Positions 49,751 through 56,667 of a stretch of 56,667 nt of DNA are shown in pieces. The stretch's first letter is position 1. Each line of letters begins with the position of its first letter. A program made the translations under genes and the position numbers. Source of the DNA: Rhizaria sp. SCN 62-66. Lineage: Eukaryota. Under the pieces are notes generated by a model. The model made no database searches and was not told where the DNA came from. It saw only the letters and a program-made list of their open reading frames with translations. Location of the stretch: positions 62,001-118,667 of the forward strand of contig MEDY01000034.1 of assembly GCA_001724265.1 (NCBI GenBank), given 5' to 3'.

Positions 49751-51244
49751 TTACCGGCTCAGAATGTCGGCGAGGTCGATGCTGAGGAGCTTCACGGGGG
49801 CCAACGCCTCCCCGATGACCTTCATCCTCGCGAGCGTGGGCTCCGTCTTGTCCTCCGTCGCCACGGCCTTAACCTCCACCATCCAGTGCTGGCCGCGCGC
49901 CAGCTTCGCCAGGTGCGGCGCGGCGCCCGGGAACGGCAGCACGTAGCGGCGGCTCACGGTCACTTCGATGGCGTCGGCGACAGCGAAGCGGAAGCCGTAG
50001 GTGATGTATTCGAAGTCAAGCCGGCGCCCCATGAACCGCAGCAGCGACTCGAAGTTGCGCCCCACGTAGCACGAGTCAACCAGCCGCACGTTCTTCTGGG
50101 GCTGCACCGCGCCCAGGAAGTCGAGCCGCCAGTGGAGACCCGGGAGTAGCGCGCGGCTGGGCGGCTGCACGTGCATGCGCGCGAGCGCCAGCGCGGCCCG
50201 CGCGGCCAGCGAGACGGGCGCCGGCCGCAGCGGCGCGGTCAGCACAGCCGAGAGCGGCACTGCGCCGGCGCAGTCGCTGCCCACCGTCGCCAGACCAGCG
50301 TTCACGCCCGTGGTCGCTGCGCTGGCGTTCGCGGGCGCGTTGGCGGTGGAGGCGGCGGCGGCGTTGGCGGCGGAGGTGTCCGCGCCGGCGGGCGGAGCGA
50401 GCAAGGCTGCGGCAGGGCCCGCCGCGCCGCCACCGCCCGCCGCCGCCGCCGCCGGCTGCGGGCCGGTGACTGTGGCCGCCGCTGTGGCTGCCGACTGCTG
50501 CTGCTGTGAGGTTGCGGGGGCGGGGAGCGGGAGGTCGCTCCAGAAAAGCTCCAGGTCCGCAAAGGAGCGGGGGCAGCCCACGGCGGCCGCGGCGTAGACG
50601 GGGGCCGCGCCGAACGCGCCGACGCCAGCGCCGCCGAAGCTCAGCCCGCTCGCGCTCGCGCTGTCTGAGCTATTGAATGCGTCAGCGAGAGGGAGCAGGA
50701 GCGCGGGCGCGGGCGCCGGCAGCGGCAGCGCCATCTCGGCCCGCAGCTCGGCCTGCGCGGGCGAGAGCGTGGGGAGCGCGAAGGCCAGCGCGGCGGCCTC
50801 GGTCCCGCCCGCGGAGCCCGCGGCCGCGGTCTTGGCGGCGGCTGTGGCGGCGGCCGAGTCGGCGACCGCGTAGACCCTGTGGTAGGCGCAGAAGGGGACG
50901 AGGCGGACATCAACGTGCGCGGCCGTGTCGGGGAAGACAAAGCTCGCTGTGAGCTCGTCGTTTTCGTCGTTGACGCCCTCTTGCTGGCGCGCGCGGAGCC
51001 GCGTGAGCAGGGCGGCCTCGGGAACCGGGAGACGAACGACGAGGAGCCCATCGTCGCTGTCGGTCGACTGCATCATCGATAGCTTCTGCAGCAGCGTGTA
51101 CAGAGGCATGTTCTACACCGTGTCGGCCTGCTCGCGGGTAAGGTTGGGTGGGATGACGCCCAGTGGCACGACGCTGTGCATCGCGCAGACCTGCAGGCGG
51201 GGGCCGCCCGCCGCGGACTTGATCGCCGCGATCTCGGACGCCAT
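49751..51244 (-). CDS. MED18: Mediator subunit 18 (497 aa, large Ala-rich insert); 1 in-frame TAG
   Basis: C-terminus NFESLLRFMGRRLDFEYITYGFRF...WMVEVKAVATED...IGEALAPVKLLSID matches Med18. The frame extends upstream through TAG 51113-15 to ATG 51244 (MASEIAAIK...LQVCAMHSVVP...EQADTV*NMPLYTLLQKL). TAA stop. Confidence 0.78.
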
Positions 51245-51755
51245 GGGGGAGCGCGGTCTGAGTGTTTAGGTGGACTGAAAAGAGAAAAGAAAGCCAAGAG
51301 CGGAATGCGTACTGGGCTTCAACGAAATTTAGAAAGGATGAGGTCTCGAGCTCATGTACGCGATTTTAGCTCGGGGTCGAGCACCCAGCTCGGACAGCGC
51401 CTCCAGAGCCACGTTTCACATCCAGTCATCACTGGGGGGACTTCAAATTGAATTGCTTTGGGGTGAATAGACTGCAGATAGAAATGCCTTTTAGTCACCA
51501 CATAGTTATTACTTTTTAGATTTTATTTTTATATCTTGAGTATCAATGCACGGACTCTGGCACGTGAAGTTGAGTGCAGTAGCTTCGTGGAGGGCCATCG
51601 CGGCAGAGTGCTGGCCACGTTGCTTAAACCGCGCAATATTTCATCTCTCCAGCCATATTCTCGTGTTGTTTCCTTATGAATGCAACATATACCTCTAGTA
51701 ACAACACTAAAATACGTATTCTGACGGTTTTGCGACTTGCTATAGCTTTTTGAGC

Positions 51756-53654
51756 ATGGGCGGTCATCCTAAGTGTGATTGCAATGACCTCAAGAAGGCG
51801 GAGGAGTCTCTCCGTAAGCCCGGCTTTGACGTCAATCTCTTCGCGCGCGGCGCGTTCTTGTCGATCCTCACGCTTGGCCTTGCTAAGACCGTTGTCCCGG
51901 GTTTGCTCACGCGCATTCCTGGCGGCGCTGCCGTGCTGCCCGCGATCCCCACGCTGTCGATGTGCATCGTCATCACCATCATCGTCGTCGTCACGCGCGG
52001 CATGCTCGTCGGCACCTGCTGCCTGCCCGCGCGCCAGCTCTCGGCCGCCGACATCTCCCGCCTCATCGAGACCCGCGACGCGGACATGGAGGCGCGCATC
52101 ACGAACAAGCGCAACGCCATGGCGGCCCGTCTCTCTCGCGCGTTGCAGTTTAAGACCATTTCCTTCGAGGACAGCGACCTCGAGAATAAGACGGACTACA
52201 ACGAGTTCACGCGTCTCCACGCCTACCTTGCCGAGGCCTTCCCGCGCGTGCACGCCGCAATGGAGCGCCACGTGATCAACAACTACTCGCTCGTCTTCAA
52301 GTGGCCCGGCAGCGACCCCGCGCAGAAGCCCTACCTGCTCACGGCGCACATGGACGTCGTGCCGGCGTCGGAGCCGGAGAAGTGGGAGGTGGACCCCTTC
52401 GCGGGCATAATCAGGGACGGCTTTGTGTGGGGCCGCGGCGCGATCGACGACAAGCAGGGCGTGCTGGGCTGGCTCGAGGCCGCCGAGGAGCTCCTCGAGT
52501 CCGGCTTCGCCCCCAAGCGTACCATCTACTTCGCCTTCGGGCACGACGAGGAGAAGTCCGGGCTGCAGGGCGCGGTGCATATCAGCCGCTGGCTGGCCGA
52601 GAACGTCGGTCCGCGCGACATCTTTGAGTTTATGATGGACGAGGGCCTCTTCATCATCGACGGCGCAGTCCCCGGACACAAGAAGCCCGTCGCATTCGTG
52701 TGCGTGGCCGAGAAGGGCTACCTGTCCCTCAAGCTCACGGTCGATAAGGAGCCCGGGCACTCGTCCGCGCCGGGCCCCGAGTCCGCGATCGGCATCCTGG
52801 CCGCGGCCGTGAAGAAGATCGAGGACCACCCGCACCCGACGCACTTCGACGGCCCCGCGCACGACCTCTTCGGCTCCCTCCGCGAGGGCTTCTCGGGCAT
52901 CTTCCGCTTCATCTTCTCCAACCTGTGGCTGTTCGAGCCCGTGCTTAAGCGCGTGCTGGTCCGCAAGTCGCAGACGGCCACGATGGTGCGCACGACCTCC
53001 GCGCTCACCATCTTCAAGGCCGGCTCCAAGGACAACGTCATCCCGTCCGTCGCCACAGCCGTGGTGAACCACCGCATCCACCCCAGCGACACGATCGAGT
53101 CCGTGACCAACTGGGACAAGAGCGTCGTTAACGACCCCCGCGTCCAGTTCGAGGTTCTGGGCCACTCGATCGCGCCCGCGCCCGTGTCGGCGCCTACGCA
53201 CCCGGCCTTCGGCGTTATCCGCGACTCTATCCACCGCGTCTTTAAGGGCAACTGCGCCGTCGCTCCCGGGCTCTTCGTCGCCGCCAGCGACTCGAAGCAC
53301 TACTGGAACCTCACGCCGCAGATCTTCCGCTTTAACCCGATCTGCCTGCGCGCGGACGAAGTGGGGATGTTCCACGGCTTCAACGAGAAGATCTCGATCG
53401 ACAACTACGCCGAGCTCGTCTCGTTCTGCACCAACGTCATCACGGGCAACGACGCGCGCTACGTCTCCGGCAACGCCGAGGACGAGCAGCAGGCCAGCGC
53501 CATGCAGGACGCCAAGGACATCGCCACGGGCAAGCCCAAGAAGGCCTCCGCCGCGGCTGCGGCCGGTGCCTGCGGCGACAGCAAGTGCGTGGACGCGCAT
53601 GACCACGGCGCTAACAAGACCAAGGCCAGCGCAAAGGGCAAGAAGAGCGACTAA
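51756..53654 (+). CDS. M20A-family metallopeptidase/amidohydrolase (PM20D1 / carboxypeptidase S-like) with N-terminal hydrophobic anchor
   Basis: Motifs LLTAHMDVVP, WGRGAIDDK, FGHDEE, MDEG, AEKG, GHSS, KDNVIP, SDSKHY, FHGFNEKI. TAA stop. Confidence 0.9.
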   Translation: MGGHPKCDCNDLKKAEESLRKPGFDVNLFARGAFLSILTLGLAKTVVPGLLTRIPGGAAVLPAIPTLSMCIVITIIVVVTRGMLVGTCCLPARQLSAADISRLIETRDADMEARITNKRNAMAARLSRALQFKTISFEDSDLENKTDYNEFTRLHAYLAEAFPRVHAAMERHVINNYSLVFKWPGSDPAQKPYLLTAHMDVVPASEPEKWEVDPFAGIIRDGFVWGRGAIDDKQGVLGWLEAAEELLESGFAPKRTIYFAFGHDEEKSGLQGAVHISRWLAENVGPRDIFEFMMDEGLFIIDGAVPGHKKPVAFVCVAEKGYLSLKLTVDKEPGHSSAPGPESAIGILAAAVKKIEDHPHPTHFDGPAHDLFGSLREGFSGIFRFIFSNLWLFEPVLKRVLVRKSQTATMVRTTSALTIFKAGSKDNVIPSVATAVVNHRIHPSDTIESVTNWDKSVVNDPRVQFEVLGHSIAPAPVSAPTHPAFGVIRDSIHRVFKGNCAVAPGLFVAASDSKHYWNLTPQIFRFNPICLRADEVGMFHGFNEKISIDNYAELVSFCTNVITGNDARYVSGNAEDEQQASAMQDAKDIATGKPKKASAAAAAGACGDSKCVDAHDHGANKTKASAKGKKSD

Positions 53655-53971
53655 ACACGCATCCGAGCGTAGGATGGCACCATGCGCGGACGCAGTGATG
53701 TTTGCTGGAATGTTCTTTTTTACGTTTCGCCACGAATGCTGCTTGCCGCTGTTGATGTTGTTGTTCCGTTGTCGTTGTTTTAGTTCTAATTGCTCATGCT
53801 CTTTACAGGTTACACTGATGCTGTCACTTGCTGTGCTGTTTAGGTTTGTCTTTAAGATTCCTTTTGTTCTGTTATTGGTTCTATATACATTTGTATTTTA
53901 TTTTTACTGTCGCTGGTGTCTGTCCCTAGTGCTAGCTGGTGTAGTGTGTGTGCTACAAACAAACCTAAGAA

Positions 53972-54664
53972 TGAAAGCGGCTGTCAACAGTGAAGAGTAC
54001 TCTTTGATTAAAGAATTGAACGTATCTGTGCATAGATTTTCAATACACAAAGTATCTGTATTCTTTATTTGAAGGCTGCTTGATTCGCTTTTGTACTTCT
54101 CGTGATATCGTGACCGTGCGTGACCGTAGCTGCAGCTGGTGACCCAAAGTCGATCGCTTAACAGCGGTCGCAGTTGCAACTACAGCAGTTACACCGCAGC
54201 AGCAGTCGCAGCCTGCAACTGGAAGAGGACATGTGGCTAGCGAACTCAGCGGTAGCGCAGGCGTGCTGGTGGGCGCTGCGTATTGCCATCGACACCGGCC
54301 CCGGCGCAAAACGCCATCGATCAACAACCCGACGAGTTCGAGCATAAATTCCAGGTCTTGCGGAGGAATTCCAGTGATTTGCTGAGCCATCCCCGCGAAC
54401 GCGGTTTTAGAGCGTCGTCAGTCCCTTTCCTTGCGCCCGCGATCTCCTTATCAAGATACGCCTGAAACATTTTGGCCGTGACAGCAGCACAAAGAGTGAA
54501 AATGGCTGTCAACAGTGAGGCGTACTTTTTGATCGAAGAGTTAAAAGTTGTGTATATAGATATTGAATACGCACAATGCCTATGCTCTCACTTTTAAACC
54601 GACATTTGTTCGTTTGCCCAACTTTTGACTCCGTTTTGTACCAAATCGCACTGTGCGTGACCGT
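53972..54664. repeat. Diverged direct repeat pair (~160 bp units at ~53972-54127 and ~54497-54664)
   Basis: Both copies share GGCTGTCAACAGTGA..GTACT.TTTGAT..AAGA.TT.AA...ATAGAT.TT.AATAC and end in GTGCGTGACCGT. Confidence 0.7.
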
Positions 54665-54950
54665 TCGGGTCTGTGCGACTGGCCGGACTCTTGGAGATGC
54701 ATGTTTCTGAAGAACGCATTCCAGCATATATTGTCGGGTTACACGGGATATCGACACGAATCATAGCACAAACGATAACAGGCTATACTTTCATATTATG
54801 ATTCATTCTTAAATGGTGACTAACCCAGTCTTTGAGCCGTTTGAGTCTAACCGACTTCTCACCCCCATCATCGACTGGTCTGACCACACCATTTCCGCTC
54901 ACTCAAGATCATAAACTGTCTCTGTTGCCTTTCATACTCTGCAGCCCGCA

Positions 54951-55928
54951 ATGTCTTCTCACCTGGAGCAGCTGACCGCTATGACCGTCGTTGTCGCCGA
55001 CACTGGCGACCTCGAGCAGATCAAGAAGTTCACCCCCACCGACGCGACCACGAACCCTTCGCTGATGCTTGCGGCCGCCAGCAACCCGAAGTTCGAGTCC
55101 TTGGTCGAGTCCGCCATCGCCTGGGGCGCCGAGCAGTCTGTCCCCGCCGAGGAGGTTGTCGCGCTCACGATGGACAAGCTCGCCGTCGTCTTCGGCTGCG
55201 AGATCCTCAAGATCGTCTCGGGCGTCGTCTCGACCGAGGTTGACGCGCGCCTGTCGTTCGACACCGAGGGCACCATCGCGCGCGCCCGCAAGCTCATCGC
55301 GCTCTACGAGGCCGCCGGCGTGCCCCGCGCGCGCGTGCTGGTCAAGATTGCGGCGACCTGGGAGGGCATCCGCGCCGCCGAAGTGCTTGAGAAGGAGGGC
55401 ATCACGTGCAACCTGACGCTGCTCTTCTCCTTCGCGCAGGCCGTGGCGTGCGCCGAGGCGGGCGTGACGCTCATCTCGCCCTTCGTTGGCCGCATCATGG
55501 ACTGGTACGTCAAGAAGACGGGCGAGAAGTACGCCGACCCGGCGCAGGATCCCGGCGTGATCTCGGTCACCAAGATCTACAACTACTACAAGAAGCACGG
55601 GTACAAGACCGTCGTGATGGGCGCGTCCTTCCGCAACGCGGGCCAGATCACCCAGCTCGCCGGCTGCGACAAGCTCACCATTTCGCCCGCGCTGCTTGAG
55701 ACCCTCTCCGGCGCGCAGGGCGAGCTCCCCCGCCACCTGGCCGCGCCGGCCGAGACCGAGGCCGCCCCGGCCGTGAAGCTCAGCGAGGGCGCGTTCCGCT
55801 GGGAGCACAACGAGGACGCCATGGCCACGGAGAAGCTCGCCGAGGGCATCCGCGCCTTTGCGGCCGACTGCATCAAGCTCGAGAAGGTCGTCACTGACCG
55901 TCTTAAGGCTAAGGGCGTCAAGCTCTAA
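54951..55928 (+). CDS. TALDO1: Transaldolase (325 aa)
   Basis: Motifs [38 protein letters not shown] (Schiff-base Lys), [40 protein letters not shown] stop. Confidence 0.97.
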   Translation: MSSHLEQLTAMTVVVADTGDLEQIKKFTPTDATTNPSLMLAAASNPKFESLVESAIAWGAEQSVPAEEVVALTMDKLAVVFGCEILKIVSGVVSTEVDARLSFDTEGTIARARKLIALYEAAGVPRARVLVKIAATWEGIRAAEVLEKEGITCNLTLLFSFAQAVACAEAGVTLISPFVGRIMDWYVKKTGEKYADPAQDPGVISVTKIYNYYKKHGYKTVVMGASFRNAGQITQLAGCDKLTISPALLETLSGAQGELPRHLAAPAETEAAPAVKLSEGAFRWEHNEDAMATEKLAEGIRAFAADCIKLEKVVTDRLKAKGVKL

Positions 55929-56539
55929 GTTAGCGGCCGGCTCGGTTACACTCCACAGTGGGGTACAGTTCTTACTTACAAGCGTATGTTTGTTTGTTTG
56001 ATTGATTATGATGATATTGCGAGGGCATAGGAAGATAAATAACTGAATAAAACAACGATATTATAGCACAAGTTCGCTTTTGCGCGTGGATTATAAGTGT
56101 TTGCGTTGTGTATTGCGAATGTGTTTCGAGTAAGGATTAAACAACAGTCAGAACAAACAACAGTCAGTAACAGCAGCGACACAAAAACAGAAGTCAAAAG
56201 AACACGTTACACGCGAGACGCAAAGTGTGCTTTGCTTGTTCTCATACCAAAAAAAAAAAACAGGGACAAAAAACTCAGTAAAGTGGGCATCTGCAGTGAA
56301 ATAACGACAACCACTTGCAGTGCCGAATCAAAGCGAAAGAGGGAGAGAGAGCGCGGGCGCGAGCGACGACAAAGACAACAGGTCACATCACACGAAAGAA
56401 ACGTGGGGGAAGTGAGTGCGCTTTGCCTTTGCTTTCTCTCCATCGACGACGACAATCAACGGCAACCACCGCGAGCGGTAGCAGCAGCAGCAGCAGCAGC
56501 GACAGCAAAGGAGAGCTAAGAGAGCGATCAAACGAAAAC

Positions 56540-56667
56540 TTAGAACTTCTTGGCGGGGGCAGCAGCGAGCTTGGCGGGGGCCTTGACACCCTTAAGCTCG
56601 TTGAGCTTGCCCTTGAGCTGGTCGATGGTGGTGGTGATGCCCTTGCGGGTGCGGGAGAACTCGGTCG
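56540..56667 (-). CDS. 3' end of an unidentified protein (5' part outside the window)
   Basis: Minus-strand frame reads TEFSRTRKGITTTIDQLKGKLNELKGVKAPAKLAAAPAKKF then TAA (56540-42), with strong C/G-ending codon bias like the housekeeping genes here. Confidence 0.6.
   Translation of the reverse strand, partial: TEFSRTRKGITTTIDQLKGKLNELKGVKAPAKLAAAPAKKF

Noticed and set aside
1428-51115. In-frame TAGs as 3' ends of small introns
   Set aside because: Real introns here are 102-202 nt, AT/pyrimidine-rich and start GTA(C/T/A)G. The sequence before the TAGs is coding-like (poly-Q, Ala-rich) with no such donor or pyrimidine tract nearby.
1-56667. tRNA (including a CUA suppressor), rRNA, CRISPR arrays, transposase or RT genes
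   Set aside because: None was recognisable by eye in this window; a tRNAscan-SE or Rfam run is needed to exclude small RNAs.

Overview
Gene-dense eukaryotic (most likely protist) nuclear DNA. Exons are GC-rich; intergenic regions and nine short GT-AG introns (102-202 nt, donors GTA(C/T/A)G(T/C)) are AT/pyrimidine-rich. I can support 15 protein genes: sphingosine-1-phosphate lyase (3' part), a giant mitochondrial-type PPR protein with a degenerate SMR-like domain, three large low-complexity or coiled-coil unknowns, Pelota, TELO2, CEBPZ/Noc1, a MORN-repeat protein, an LF-acidic-motif protein, Era/ERAL1, MED18, an M20A peptidase, transaldolase and a partial 3' end. Main result: the organism appears to use a non-standard nuclear genetic code in which UAG is a sense codon (most probably Gln) while UAA and UGA remain stops. 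Nine in-frame TAG codons lie in five otherwise intact reading frames, including one inside a poly-Gln tract and one inside MED18. No internal TAA or TGA was found. With TAG read through, all 15 gene ends are TAA (11) or TGA (4). The supplied standard-code ORF track therefore fragments these genes. Second signal: 10 of the 13 genes with visible 5' ends have a splice-acceptor-like (Y)n-YAG 0-13 nt before the ATG, mostly without an obvious donor, which suggests spliced-leader trans-splicing. All protein identities come from my recall of family motifs, not from database searches.
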